Origin: an uncultured delta proteobacterium
Lineage (GTDB): Bacteria; Desulfobacterota; RBG-13-43-22
Direction of reading: 5' to 3'
Assembly (NCBI GenBank): GCA_963711835.1
Contig: CAVQFQ010000017.1
Location: forward strand, 544,001 to 608,000
DNA length: 64,000 nucleotides
Notes under the pieces: model-generated
The model's database searches: none
The model's input: only the letters and a program-made list of their open reading frames with translations
What the model was told of the DNA's origin: nothing
Made by a program: the position numbers and the translations under genes
Part shown: piece after piece, positions 19,658 through 30,012 of the stretch
How positions within the stretch are numbered: position 1 is the first letter of the stretch
Layout: each line of letters starts with the position of its first letter

Positions 19658-20576
19658 AAAATCAGGGACTGACCTTTCCACCCATATAGCCGGAATAAAA
19701 ATGCAGAACCCGGTCATGGTGGCCTCGGGTACCTTCGGCTACGGCCGGGAATACCGGGATCTTTTTGACCTGAACCAATTGGGCGCCCTGATAACCAAGG
19801 GCATTTCTTTAAGGCCCATGATGGGCAACCCGCCGCCGCGCATCTGGGAGACGCCTTCGGGGATGCTCAATGCCATCGGTCTTCAGAATGTGGGGGTAGA
19901 GGCTTTTCTGAAAGACAAGCTTCCTTTTCTAACCGCCCTGAAAATCCCGGTCATCGTAAATATTCTGGGACATTCCCTTAAGGAATACGGCGAGGTGGCC
20001 CGGCATCTGGACGGCCGTCCCGGCCTGGCCGGCCTGGAAATCAATATCTCCTGTCCTAACGTGGCCCAAGGAGGGCTGGCCTTCGGGGCCCAACCCCGAT
20101 CGGCGGCCAAGGCCGTAGATCAGGTGCGCCGGGCTACGCGGATGCCGTTGCTGGTAAAGCTTGCTCCTCAGGTAACGGATATCACCGTCATTGCTAAGGC
20201 CGTAGAGGAGGCCGGGGCCGATGCCCTTTCCCTTATCAATACCATCCCCGGCATGGCGGTGGACATTTATACCCGGCGCTCCAGACTGGGCTGTCCGGGC
20301 GGCGGCCTTTCCGGTCCGGCCATCAAACCCGTGGCCCTGCGTCTGGTCTATCAGGTGGCCCAGGCGGTTTCCATTCCGGTGATCGGCCTGGGGGGGATTC
20401 GCACGGCCGAAGATGCCCTGGAGTTTCTGGTGGTCGGCGCCAAAGCTGTCCAGATCGGCACCGCCAACTTCATCCGGCCGACGACCGCCGTTGAAGTCAT
20501 CGAGGGGATAAGAAAGTTTATGGAACAACAGAAGATAGGCAGCCTGTCAAAGCTTATCGGGACCTTTATCCCCTGA
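19641..20576 (+). CDS. pyrD: Dihydroorotate dehydrogenase 1B catalytic subunit (start taken at TTG 19641)
   Basis: NPVMVASGTFGYG, GMLNAIGLQN, EINISCPNV, GGLSGPAIKP. Confidence 0.95.
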   Translation: MSGKNRKSGTDLSTHIAGIKMQNPVMVASGTFGYGREYRDLFDLNQLGALITKGISLRPMMGNPPPRIWETPSGMLNAIGLQNVGVEAFLKDKLPFLTALKIPVIVNILGHSLKEYGEVARHLDGRPGLAGLEINISCPNVAQGGLAFGAQPRSAAKAVDQVRRATRMPLLVKLAPQVTDITVIAKAVEEAGADALSLINTIPGMAVDIYTRRSRLGCPGGGLSGPAIKPVALRLVYQVAQAVSIPVIGLGGIRTAEDALEFLVVGAKAVQIGTANFIRPTTAVEVIEGIRKFMEQQKIGSLSKLIGTFIP

Positions 20577-20662
20577 CCAGCGGAAACCAACTAAGAAAAT
20601 CCCTCCCTAAAAAACAATTAAAATCCATGAAGCCTTCCGCCGGGGAAAAATCTGATATTTTT

Positions 20663-21010
20663 CTATTTTTTCAATAACAATCCAAGTTTTTCCAGCACTT
20701 CAGAGACCGCCTTTGCTGGTAAGGAACACACCCACTCTGCTTTTCTTCTGACCCAACCCAGGCTCTTCACCTGATCCGCCAATATGACACCGGATACCGG
20801 GAAACCACTCGGAATGGCAACCTCAAAGGGATACCCCTTTATCCGGCTGGTGATGGGGCAGAGAATCGCCAGCCCAACTTTGCGGTTATAGCCTTCCGGT
20901 GAAAGGACCAGGGCTGGGCGGCGCCCGGCCTGTTCGTGGCCAATCTGGTGATTGAAGGTAATTATAACAATGTCCCCACGTCGGGGAACATAGCCGTCCA
21001 GCGCTACCAT
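20663..21010 (-). CDS. mazF: Type II toxin, endoribonuclease MazF
   Basis: GHEQAGRRPALVLSP, CPITSRIKGYPFEV, LADQVKSL. Confidence 0.93.
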   Translation of the reverse strand: MVALDGYVPRRGDIVIITFNHQIGHEQAGRRPALVLSPEGYNRKVGLAILCPITSRIKGYPFEVAIPSGFPVSGVILADQVKSLGWVRRKAEWVCSLPAKAVSEVLEKLGLLLKK

Positions 21011-21246
21011 ACTTCTCTCCCGACGGCAGGGCCGGTGTCGGTCTCCTGATGAAGGTTTTCTTCTTTGATTTGGGCCAAAAGTTGCTTAAGCGTGAACGTT
21101 GGTTTGGCGGACGGGACGATGATCAGTTTTCCCCTCTCGACCGAAATCTCCACCGAGGATTCCTGGTCGAGACCGGCTTCGGTTGCAAAGGTCTTGGGTA
21201 TGCGAAGGGCCAGGCTGTTTCCCCATTTCCGGATACGGGTTTTCAT
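21004..21246 (-). CDS. mazE: Antitoxin MazE (AbrB fold)
   Basis: IRKWGNSLALRIP...ENLH...GREVW; overlaps mazF. Confidence 0.93.
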   Translation of the reverse strand: MKTRIRKWGNSLALRIPKTFATEAGLDQESSVEISVERGKLIIVPSAKPTFTLKQLLAQIKEENLHQETDTGPAVGREVW

Positions 21247-21333
21247 GTTTCTCCTCCCTGGTATCTAAATGAGAATACATGGTCGGAGAGCTTCCGTCAA
21301 GTTTACTAGCGAACTTCTGTTTGAAGTGTGCAT

Positions 21334-21368
21334 AAAAAAAGGCAGGGCCATTGCTGCCTGCCTTTTTT
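21334..21368. terminator. Bidirectional intrinsic terminator
   Basis: aaaaaaaggcagg ... cctgcctttttt. Confidence 0.75.
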
Positions 21369-21379
21369 ATGTCCTTCAA

Positions 21380-24300
21380 TTATAAATTACGGTAGAGTCT
21401 TAGTCCATGTCCCAATTTCCTTCCAAGGATTCCCACAACAATCACAAAAGAAGAAAAGGAAGTGGATTCGCCACAAATTATATTGTTGCCCATATCCTGG
21501 CTCGTCGTTATATCAGTCCAGACTTCATATTCATAATGGAACAATCTGAGTTGAGATTCGTCGCCATAGGGGATACCGGAATAATTTATACATACCGTTC
21601 TCGGGCCGCTGACAGAAGCGGTCGTTTCCAAGTGGTAATAGGTTGGAGGATCCCCCAGTTGAAATCCTGCAGGAGGTGTCGGGCCGGTACTGCTGGTGCT
21701 CAAGGTGGTGACCCCGGCCTGGGTTACTTGGTCATAGGTTATGGTGACAGGATTTTGACCGGTTGAGGTATCAACGGGTTGGACCTGGACCGGCTCTGTG
21801 TCACAAGAGGGCGTATAATTCGCCATGGCAGGAATTTCTATATCGTCAAAGGAGGCTATAATATTAGCTGAATAGGTTGCTCCCGGGGATGGAGGACTTA
21901 AATAAGTCCTGACATATTTTAGTATATTGCTGGCAGGAAAAATGTTCCCTATTCCTGGACGTCGAACTTCTACTCCATCCACAGAAAAGGTGAATTCCGA
22001 TCCATTCCATCCTATGAAGAGGGTGTATACTTCTCCAATAGTTATATTGACTGGAATAGTGCCACTCTCTAATACGCTAAATTGGGTGTAATTAGCATTT
22101 TGAGTCCTAATTATAGACCAACTGGCTACTGGAGTTGTACCATTACCCCCTATGGATACCCTGGCAAAAATATTACCTAATCCGCTTGTATAGTTCGGGG
22201 TCGAAAAAGTATCATTATAATAGAACCCGCCGAGGTCGGCAGTGGCATAACCTCCATTGGGGGTATTAAATTCAATGATCTTGACCTTGGCCTTATAACT
22301 ATTTATTCCAGTTGAATTTTTAAAAAACAGACCACTGGCCTTTGATGAGGTAAGACTCGCTATACTATTTTCAATTATTAATTCACGATTCAAAACCGTT
22401 GGCGGTGGGGTCTGAATCGGAGTAGTAAAGGACCATTTTAAGGTATCGATGGTTCCAGAATAAAAATCATCAAAAACTGTTGGTGGAATTACTGTCTCAT
22501 AAACAAAAATGAAATCCGAACCTGTCACGGGTACAGGGGTACCTCTGTCATCTATACTTGCGGCCAAGGTCAAAGCAGTTGAAGATGGAGCAGAAGAAAA
22601 ATTCAAAGCCGAGGAGGGGAAGGTCAGCACCAAGTCAGATTTACCGTCATTGTTGACATCCTGCGGTATGCTGTCTGATGGTTGTATCCCTTGTAAGGTT
22701 ACTGTTCCAAGCTCAATCTTGTTTGCATTCAAGTCATTGGTGGAGAGGATTGCAGCGGTAAGATTCTCTTCACAAATCTTTATTAAATTGGGATAGATCC
22801 CCGGTTTAAGATCCAAAGAAACCACACTTCCGGTTGTTAGCGTGTCATTTATAGTTTTTGTCTCTCCTGCGGATATTGAAAATGGTGCCCCATTGTTATA
22901 GGATTTGGACAAATAATACCCTTCAGAGTTATAAGTATCATAATTTATTCTATAGGAATTCCCCGCGGGAACGTTGAAAGAGGTAAAACCATCACTATTC
23001 GTATTCCCGCCGGCCACAAAAGCTCCATTCAAGGAGTTCACGGCACTAACCCACACATTAGAGATTCCCCTTGGAGTTGGAGAACTATTTACTATAGTTG
23101 CGGATATTGTACCCGCTTTATTTAATCCAATGTTTTTCCCTCCCACTGTAACACCTCTTGTGACAGGAACGAGGTCATTATAATATTTAGGAAAGGAATA
23201 TTCCCCACTTGCATTGCATTGATCGACCCTGAGTTTGTAGTAAGGTCCGACTGCGAGAGTGGGTGTCTTATAAAATCCGTCAACGCCTGTTAATCCTGTT
23301 CCAGTTATATAATTTCCGTTTGCATCTTCAACGACAATACAGGCGTTGCGAACAGGAAAACCAGTGTCAGCATCATAAACTATGCCCGAGATTTTTCCCC
23401 CTTTTGCTGGCGTAAAGTTTATTTCGTCAGGATAAGTTTGCCCTGCAAGTACCGGGGAGGTAAGGGTTATACTTTGATTTAATATATAGGCATCATATTC
23501 TCCAAAGGAACAATCAAAAGCGGTTATAGTCCAGCCATCTCCGGGTGGAATGGTGAGGTAGTATCTTCCAGGCTCGGTAGGATAATAATTGCTTCCTGTC
23601 CTTGTTTGGTACATCCAGTGGCCACCTACTGCTCCGGACACGCAGGCGTAGGGGATAGGATCACCAGTATCAATATCGGAAACTGTCCCTGTAATAATTC
23701 CCCCCAATTCAAGTTGGGCGTTTATATTTGGTGTAATTGTGTCATTATATACGTCGATAAGGGTGGGTGGCGGGTTGGGAATCCCATAATTAAATAGTAG
23801 ACTGTCATAAGCTTCGGGAAGATAATTTATTCCATTCGGTGGCTGTGAGTAAGGATTGAACAATACCCAATATTTTTTAGGAGTGCCATCCCCTCCTGGA
23901 ACCATTATCCGATAGGTGCCGTCGTTTAAGGTATCTCCCCAAGTAAAAGTATTATATAAACTTGCATCGAAGGCTTGGATCGCTATCAATGGAATTCCAG
24001 TTGTTCCGTCCGAAGTTACTTTTCCTTCTATAGCCCCGCCTCTTACCAAGGTAGGACTAATATCGATCATCGAACCCTCTGTTAAAACAATTTGATCGGC
24101 GAAGAATGAATAAAGTTTGTTATTATACCATTGGTCAAGATAGAAGGGGGGACCTTGTGGGGGGTAAAAAGCCATTATGTAGGTGCCCGGAGATAAAAAC
24201 AAAGAATAGAATCCGACTCCATCGGTAAAACCATCTCCTGCCTGGATCCCATTATTTGCGTTATAGGCTACAACATGCACATTGGTAATATACTCAGTCG

Positions 24301-24436
24301 AAGATTTGTGGACCCATCCATAAATTTGTGCTTGTTGTGCTTGGACAAGGCTGGCCATTAATCCAATCGAGGCTACTAATAGAAAAATAATAAATATTAG
24401 CTTTTTCATAAAGTTGTCTCCCTTTTTATAAGTCAT
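21380..24436 (-). CDS. Large secreted/surface protein with repeated carboxypeptidase-regulatory-like beta-sandwich modules
   Basis: Signal peptide MKKLIFIIFLL...VQA. Repeated GGxIxGxV...T...GxY units, an LDLKPG...DVNNDGKSDLVLTF module and a C-terminal TSFSSFVI module. Visibly AT-rich. Confidence 0.75.
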   Translation of the reverse strand: MTYKKGDNFMKKLIFIIFLLVASIGLMASLVQAQQAQIYGWVHKSSTEYITNVHVVAYNANNGIQAGDGFTDGVGFYSLFLSPGTYIMAFYPPQGPPFYLDQWYNNKLYSFFADQIVLTEGSMIDISPTLVRGGAIEGKVTSDGTTGIPLIAIQAFDASLYNTFTWGDTLNDGTYRIMVPGGDGTPKKYWVLFNPYSQPPNGINYLPEAYDSLLFNYGIPNPPPTLIDVYNDTITPNINAQLELGGIITGTVSDIDTGDPIPYACVSGAVGGHWMYQTRTGSNYYPTEPGRYYLTIPPGDGWTITAFDCSFGEYDAYILNQSITLTSPVLAGQTYPDEINFTPAKGGKISGIVYDADTGFPVRNACIVVEDANGNYITGTGLTGVDGFYKTPTLAVGPYYKLRVDQCNASGEYSFPKYYNDLVPVTRGVTVGGKNIGLNKAGTISATIVNSSPTPRGISNVWVSAVNSLNGAFVAGGNTNSDGFTSFNVPAGNSYRINYDTYNSEGYYLSKSYNNGAPFSISAGETKTINDTLTTGSVVSLDLKPGIYPNLIKICEENLTAAILSTNDLNANKIELGTVTLQGIQPSDSIPQDVNNDGKSDLVLTFPSSALNFSSAPSSTALTLAASIDDRGTPVPVTGSDFIFVYETVIPPTVFDDFYSGTIDTLKWSFTTPIQTPPPTVLNRELIIENSIASLTSSKASGLFFKNSTGINSYKAKVKIIEFNTPNGGYATADLGGFYYNDTFSTPNYTSGLGNIFARVSIGGNGTTPVASWSIIRTQNANYTQFSVLESGTIPVNITIGEVYTLFIGWNGSEFTFSVDGVEVRRPGIGNIFPASNILKYVRTYLSPPSPGATYSANIIASFDDIEIPAMANYTPSCDTEPVQVQPVDTSTGQNPVTITYDQVTQAGVTTLSTSSTGPTPPAGFQLGDPPTYYHLETTASVSGPRTVCINYSGIPYGDESQLRLFHYEYEVWTDITTSQDMGNNIICGESTSFSSFVIVVGILGRKLGHGLRLYRNL

Positions 24437-24781
24437 ATAAATAAAAATTAAGCAATTTTTGCGCCATTGTGATTGATAGGATTTGATCCACCTAACAACT
24501 TGATATAAAAACCCTTTTTTGCTGAGGTCGAGAAGCGATGGCTGACGGTGGAAGCGGAAAAGGAACGGGAGGGGGTAACCCAGCGGGCAGATGGTGGGAA
24601 AATTTTTCTTTAAAAGAGCAATTTCTTCCTACATGGCAGATTGGGTTTTTAAAGTCAACTTCTTTGTTGTTGGGTGTTTGTGGGCAAATCAAGAAAGCCA
24701 TCCGAGCCGCTGAAGATAAAATTTTTTTCATAACCAACTTATCTTATTGCTAAATTACTCCACAGTCCAGTCTGTTCCTGT

Positions 24782-25339
24782 TTACAACCGTCCTTCCTTG
24801 ATAAATCTTGCGCCTTCCTGGAGGGCTGCGGCGTTGATGGGAATCATTTTGTGGTAGCGTTTATCCAGGGCCCGGGAAAGGGCCTGGATGACCGAATCCA
24901 GGGCCACGACCTTGCTTTCTTCCACCAGGGCGCCGAGCATGGTCATGTTGGCCAGGCGTTGGTCTCCGGCTTGGCCGGCCAGTTCAATCGTAGGCACCAG
25001 AACGGTTTTTAATTCAGGGTAATGGACTTCGTTTGAATCGATTAAAGAGAAATTGACCAGAAGCCTGCCCCGGGGTTGGACCATGGGACCGAATCGTAAC
25101 AGGGAGGGCTTGTTCATCACCACGGCGACCAGCGGATGGTGGATTATGGGAGAGCCTATCTCCTCATCGGAGACCACCACGGTACAGTTGGCCGTCCCCC
25201 CCCGCATCTCCACACCGTAGACCGGCATATAGGTCACATGCCGCCCTTCTTCCATAGCCGCATAGGCCAGAAGGTTCCCGATGAACATCACGCCCTGGCC
25301 GCCGAAACCGGCAATAATCACGTCGAAGTACATTTTCAA
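24782..25339 (-). CDS. 2-oxoacid:ferredoxin oxidoreductase gamma subunit
   Basis: IAGFGGQG, YGVEMRGGTANCTV, ANMTMLGA. Confidence 0.92.
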   Translation of the reverse strand: MKMYFDVIIAGFGGQGVMFIGNLLAYAAMEEGRHVTYMPVYGVEMRGGTANCTVVVSDEEIGSPIIHHPLVAVVMNKPSLLRFGPMVQPRGRLLVNFSLIDSNEVHYPELKTVLVPTIELAGQAGDQRLANMTMLGALVEESKVVALDSVIQALSRALDKRYHKMIPINAAALQEGARFIKEGRL

Positions 25340-25411
25340 ATACTCCTTAAAAGGGTATATGTTTTAAGCATTGCACTGGAACCCTTGAATCCTTGGCCCC
25401 TCGAACCCTAT

Positions 25412-26164
25412 TTATAGGTTATCCGCCACCGTTCTCTCTTTATAAACCCCCAACGGGAAATAAGGGATCATTTCATCCTGGACCCGCTGATTGGCTTTTT
25501 CGGGACTCATCTTCCAGTTGGTCGGGCAACTGGACAGAAATTCCACAAAGGAAAACCCCTGATCCTGGATTTGTACCTCAAAGGCCTTCTTCAAGGCCTT
25601 CTTGGCCGCCATCAGGTTCTTGGGGGTGTTGACCGCCACCCGGGCGGCAAAGGCCGTACCCTCCAGTATGGCCATCATTTCCGTCATGCGGATGGGATAG
25701 CCTTCGCGCCGGAAATCCCGGCCGTAAGGGCTGGTAGTCGTCATCTGGCCCAGCATGGTGGTGGGGGCCATCTGCCCTCCGGTCATGCCGTAGACGGTAT
25801 TGTTGACGAAGAGAACGGTAATCGATTCACCCCGGTTGGCGGCATGAAGGCTTTCGGCAATACCGATCGAAGCCAGATCCCCATCCCCCTGGTAGGTAAA
25901 GACGAAACTCTGGGGCTGGGCCCGTTTGATGCCCGTGGCCACGGCCGAGGCCCGTCCGTGGGGGGATTCGCAGACATCGATATCAAAATAATCATACATA
26001 AAGACCGAACAGCCCACCGAGGCGGCACAAATCGTTTTCTCCCGGAGATCGAAGGCATCGATGGCTTCCGCCACCAGGCGGTGGATGATGCCGTGATGGC
26101 AGCCGGGACAAAAATGAAAAGGCACATCTCGTAAGCTCTTGGGGCGTTTAAATACTTGCTTCAT
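25412..26164 (-). CDS. 2-oxoacid:ferredoxin oxidoreductase beta (TPP-binding) subunit
   Basis: [45 protein letters not shown]. Confidence 0.93.
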   Translation of the reverse strand: MKQVFKRPKSLRDVPFHFCPGCHHGIIHRLVAEAIDAFDLREKTICAASVGCSVFMYDYFDIDVCESPHGRASAVATGIKRAQPQSFVFTYQGDGDLASIGIAESLHAANRGESITVLFVNNTVYGMTGGQMAPTTMLGQMTTTSPYGRDFRREGYPIRMTEMMAILEGTAFAARVAVNTPKNLMAAKKALKKAFEVQIQDQGFSFVEFLSSCPTNWKMSPEKANQRVQDEMIPYFPLGVYKERTVADNL

Positions 26165-26214
26165 GGGTTTCCTCGTTATTATTGAGAGCATGAACTAGCT
26201 TACAATTTAAAAAA

Positions 26215-26285
26215 TTTTCCACCGCAAAGTCTCAAAGAACGCAAAAATGTTCTTCTTTGCGCCCTGGGCGTCTTGGCGGTGAAAA
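26215..26285. repeat. Imperfect palindrome built from ~9-nt units
   Basis: ttttccaccgcaaag...cgcaaa / ctttgcg...ggcggtgaaaa. Confidence 0.6.
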
Positions 26286-26305
26286 TAACCTTCTTTCAAC
26301 TCGTT

Positions 26306-27355
26306 TTAATAAACTTTTTTTATCTCTTCAAACAGTTCGTTGGGTGTTGGGATGGAACCCGGCGGCCGGCCGTAAAAATCCACATGGGAACGCCTGTCCA
26401 CCGACAGCTTCACATCCTCGACCATCTGGCCGGTATTCAACTCGACGACAAAAAAACGGGGGATCTTCAGCGATAATTCCCGCAGAGGTTTTTCCGGATA
26501 GGGATAAAGGGTAATGGGTCGGAAAAGCCCCACCTTCATTCCCTGCTCCCGGGCCATGGCGATCGAGGATTTGATGATCCGGGCTACCGATCCGAAGGAG
26601 ACCACGACCAGCTCGGCATCTTCAAGGCGATACGTTTCATACAGGATTTCCTCCTTCATCTGTTGATACTTCTGAAAAAGCTTCCAGTTATGGTCGGTCA
26701 ATTCTCCTTCGGTCAAATAAAGGCTTTTTAGGAGCTGGGCCTTCCGTTTCCCGGCCCCGGTCAGGGCCCAGGGTTTGGGAAAGGCCTTCGCTTCGTAGGG
26801 CCGCAGGACCACCGGTTCCTTGATCTGTCCCAACAGGGCATCTCCCAGAATCACCACCGGGTTGCGGTATTGATCAGCCAGGTCGAAGGCCTTCATGGCC
26901 AGATCATAATTTTCCTGTGCCGAATAGGGGGCTAAAACCAAAGTCCGGTAGTCTCCATGCCCTCCGCCTCGGGTGGCCTGAAAATAGTCCCCTTGAGAAG
27001 GGGAGATGCCTCCGAGTCCGGGGCCGCTGCGGCTCATGTTGACGATAACCCCCGGGATCTCGGAACCGGCCATATAGGATATCCCTTCCTGCTTCAAGGA
27101 AATCCCGGGACTGGAGGAGGAGGTCATGGCTCGGGCCCCGGTTGCGGCGGCTCCCAGGAGCATATTGATGGAAGCGATTTCACTCTCCGCCTGGATAAAG
27201 GTTCCCCCTAAGGTTGGGAGATGTCTGGACATATATTCCGGAATATCGTTTTGGGGGGTAATGGGATAACCGAAATAAAACTTACAGCCGGCGGCTATGG
27301 CCCCCATGGCAATCGCTTCATTGCCTTTAACCAATTCTATCTGGGACTTGGACAT
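26306..27355 (-). CDS. vorB: 2-oxoacid:ferredoxin oxidoreductase alpha subunit (VorB-like)
   Basis: KGNEAIA, YFGYPITPQ, QAESEIASINM, TSSSSPGISLKQEG, GGGHGDY, GQMVEDV. Confidence 0.88.
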   Translation of the reverse strand: MSKSQIELVKGNEAIAMGAIAAGCKFYFGYPITPQNDIPEYMSRHLPTLGGTFIQAESEIASINMLLGAAATGARAMTSSSSPGISLKQEGISYMAGSEIPGVIVNMSRSGPGLGGISPSQGDYFQATRGGGHGDYRTLVLAPYSAQENYDLAMKAFDLADQYRNPVVILGDALLGQIKEPVVLRPYEAKAFPKPWALTGAGKRKAQLLKSLYLTEGELTDHNWKLFQKYQQMKEEILYETYRLEDAELVVVSFGSVARIIKSSIAMAREQGMKVGLFRPITLYPYPEKPLRELSLKIPRFFVVELNTGQMVEDVKLSVDRRSHVDFYGRPPGSIPTPNELFEEIKKVY

Positions 27356-27576
27356 GACACCTTTTTCCCTTCCTTTTTCCAGACCTCGATGACCACATCG
27401 GGGCACATTTCAGCGCACAGGGCACAGCCCGTGCAGCGGCTTTCTTCCTTTAGGCAGGCCACCCTATACCCCTGATTGTTGATTTTTTGGCTGATGGCCA
27501 GTTCCTTTTTGGGGCAGGCCAGGACACACAGCCCGCAGCCTTTACAGCGTTCTTCATTAAAAACTACCTTGGCCAT
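27337..27576 (-). CDS. 2x[4Fe-4S] delta subunit of the 2-oxoacid oxidoreductase
   Basis: CKGCGLCVLACP and CTGCALCAEMCP. Confidence 0.92.
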   Translation of the reverse strand: MAKVVFNEERCKGCGLCVLACPKKELAISQKINNQGYRVACLKEESRCTGCALCAEMCPDVVIEVWKKEGKKVSCPSPR

Positions 27577-27592
27577 AACGATTCCTTTTCTT

Positions 27593-28531
27593 TTAACCGG
27601 CGGAAAGCAAGGCCTTCAGGGATTTCGGATCTTCCACCTGGAAGGCCTGGTAGGGATAATCCTTGGGTAGACATTTTTTAACCAGACCAAGAAGCACCTT
27701 TTTAGGGCCCACTTCGATAAATCGGGAAACGCCTTGACCCACCAAAGTCTGAACCAGATCCACCCAGCGTACGGGTTGACCGATTTGACGCCCCATGATT
27801 TCCTTTATCTTCAACGGATCGTCTTCAAGCTCAGCGGTCACATTAAAAACCATGGCCCTTCGGGGGGTCTGAAAGGGTATCTGGGAAAGAAAGGCTTTAA
27901 AAGCGATCATGGCTTCTTCCATCAAGGGGCTGTGCCAAGCCCCGCTGACAGCCAAAGAGATGGCTTTCCCCCCGGCCTGGGCCGCTTGCCGGGAAGCCTT
28001 TTCCACCAACTCCTTCCGTCCTGAAATAACCGTCTGCTCCGGCGTATTATAGTTGGCCGCACCGATGGCGCCCTCCAGGCTCAGGGTCGAGAGAATCCCC
28101 TCCAAGGCCTCGGAGGTCAGGCCGATGACGGCCGCCATGGCTCCGGGATTTTTTCGGGCTGCCTGGTCCATCAAGGCCCCCCGGGCCTTGACCAGGCTGA
28201 AGGTGTCTTCCCGGCTCAGGATTCCGGCGGCATAGAGGGCCGCATATTCACCCAGGCTATGCCCGGCCACCATCTCAGGAAAAACAGCCTGCTTTTCCAG
28301 GCAGGCCAGGACCGCCATATTCACAGCGGTAATGGCCGGCTGGACGTTGGCCGTCAAGGTCAATTGTTCCAGAGGGCCGTTAAAACACAATTCCCTGATG
28401 GGAAGCCCGGAGACTTCTTCGGCCAGAAGAAACACCTCTTTGGCCTCGGGATACTTCTCATAAAGCTCCTTACCCATACTCACAACCTGCGATCCCTGTC
28501 CGGGAAACAAAAACGCCGTCCGCCTGCTCAT
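27593..28531 (-). CDS. fabD: Malonyl-CoA:ACP transacylase
   Basis: FPGQGSQ, AGHSLGEY, VSGAWHS, EVGP. Confidence 0.95.
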   Translation of the reverse strand: MSRRTAFLFPGQGSQVVSMGKELYEKYPEAKEVFLLAEEVSGLPIRELCFNGPLEQLTLTANVQPAITAVNMAVLACLEKQAVFPEMVAGHSLGEYAALYAAGILSREDTFSLVKARGALMDQAARKNPGAMAAVIGLTSEALEGILSTLSLEGAIGAANYNTPEQTVISGRKELVEKASRQAAQAGGKAISLAVSGAWHSPLMEEAMIAFKAFLSQIPFQTPRRAMVFNVTAELEDDPLKIKEIMGRQIGQPVRWVDLVQTLVGQGVSRFIEVGPKKVLLGLVKKCLPKDYPYQAFQVEDPKSLKALLSAG

Positions 28532-28668
28532 AGCCTTCCCCCTTGTTCAAGGTAAAACAATATAAGATTAAGCCCATAATAATTCAAGTAAAAACAATCA
28601 ATGGCGATTGACTTTTTAGCCTTTTTAAACTATCCTATTCGAATCAGGGAAAAAGGAGCCGAAAAACC

Positions 28669-29184
28669 ATTAAAAAACAACGCCTCTTCAGCCGGCGGGA
28701 GATCCGGCAAAAGGTCAAGGAGTTGGCCCGATCCATTTCCCGGGATTACCGGGATAAAGAGCTGATCCTGATCGGAGTCCTGAATGGGGCCTTCATATTT
28801 ATGGCCGATCTGGTAAAAAATATCACGCTGCCGGTTCAGATCGATTTTGTCCGCTTAGCCTCTTACGGCAGCCGGACCCAGAGCCAGGGGAAGATTCGGG
28901 TAACTAAGTCCGTTGAATTGCCGCTGGCAGGCAAAGAAGTCCTGGTGGTGGAGGATATCGTCGATACCGGTCTGACCTTTGAATTTCTCCGGAATCTGTT
29001 GGAAAAGGAAGGCCCGAAATCCATTCGTTTCTGCGCCCTGATCGATAAAAAGGAAAGACGTCAGGTCCCGATTAACGTGGATTATACCGGCTTCCGGGTT
29101 ACGGAGGGCTTTATCGTCGGCTATGGGCTGGACTTTAACGAACAATACCGGAACCTCCCGGCGTTATATCACCTCCAATTTTAA
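28669..29184 (+). CDS. hpt: Hypoxanthine phosphoribosyltransferase (proposed ATT start at 28669)
   Basis: GVLNGAFIFMADL, VVEDIVDTGLT, FIVGYGLD, YRNLP. The frame extends upstream of TTG 28723 as IKKQRLFSRREIRQKVKELA. Confidence 0.93.
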   Translation: MKKQRLFSRREIRQKVKELARSISRDYRDKELILIGVLNGAFIFMADLVKNITLPVQIDFVRLASYGSRTQSQGKIRVTKSVELPLAGKEVLVVEDIVDTGLTFEFLRNLLEKEGPKSIRFCALIDKKERRQVPINVDYTGFRVTEGFIVGYGLDFNEQYRNLPALYHLQF

Positions 29185-29217
29185 AGACACCCGACTTTTC
29201 TCAGGCAAGGTGCCCCG

Positions 29218-30009
29218 TTGAAAATACGTTGTGAAGAGTGCTCCACCGTGTATGAGCTCGCGGAAACCCTCCTGGAACCCGGGGGCTCTAAGGTCCGCTG
29301 CAGCCGCTGCGGTCACATCTTCCAGGCGGCCCCCCCGGCTCCGTTGCCCTCCTCCCTCCCGGAAGCGGCTCCAGGACCTTCTGCTGAAAAGGGACCGGAC
29401 ATCCCCCCGGAAGAAGAAGGCCTGGATGTTAGACAAGCCGGGTCTAAGCAAAAATATTTCTGGGTCCTGGGCATCGTCTCGCTCGCATTTTTCTTGGCCG
29501 TTTCGGTTCGCTATTTTTACTTTCAGCACTATTATCCGGATCAGGCCAACCGGGACCTGATCCGAAAGACCTTCTTTTTGCCCTCCGATCTTGAGGGGAA
29601 TAAAAAACTTTCCCTGGTCAACGTAAAAAGTTATTTTCAGGAAAACAACCGACTGGGGCCGATCCTGGTGGCGGCCGGGGAGATTATAAACGGCTACCCC
29701 GAATCCCGACAAGGGATAACGATTCGAGGTTCTCTGTTGGACGGGAAGAATCGGGTACTCCTGAAACAGGAGACCATGGCCGGGCTGGTCCTTAACAGCG
29801 AAGAATTGGGGACCCTCTCCTGGGAAGAAATCAGCCGGCTTCCTCAAAAACAACCGGATCGCTTGGCCCTGACCGGCCCCTTGTTGCCCTCCAAGACCAT
29901 ATCCTTTATGCTCCTTTTCCCTAAACTGCCGGCTGGGGCCAGGCAGATCTCGATTGAAGTCCTCGGTTCTCAAAAAATTCAATCTCCTTCCTCGGTCCGG
30001 ACCTTTTAG
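29218..30009 (+). CDS. MJ0042-type zinc-ribbon / DUF3426-like membrane protein
   Basis: CEECSTVY...KVRCSRCGHIF, Pro-rich linker, single TM, periplasmic domain. Confidence 0.8.
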   Translation: MKIRCEECSTVYELAETLLEPGGSKVRCSRCGHIFQAAPPAPLPSSLPEAAPGPSAEKGPDIPPEEEGLDVRQAGSKQKYFWVLGIVSLAFFLAVSVRYFYFQHYYPDQANRDLIRKTFFLPSDLEGNKKLSLVNVKSYFQENNRLGPILVAAGEIINGYPESRQGITIRGSLLDGKNRVLLKQETMAGLVLNSEELGTLSWEEISRLPQKQPDRLALTGPLLPSKTISFMLLFPKLPAGARQISIEVLGSQKIQSPSSVRTF

Positions 30010-30012
30010 CGC

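Noticed and set aside
24492-24737. 81-aa Cys/Pro-rich ORF upstream of the surface protein as a second stalling leader
   Set aside because: No CxxC, no RAPP-like motif and no clear RBS or TM segment.
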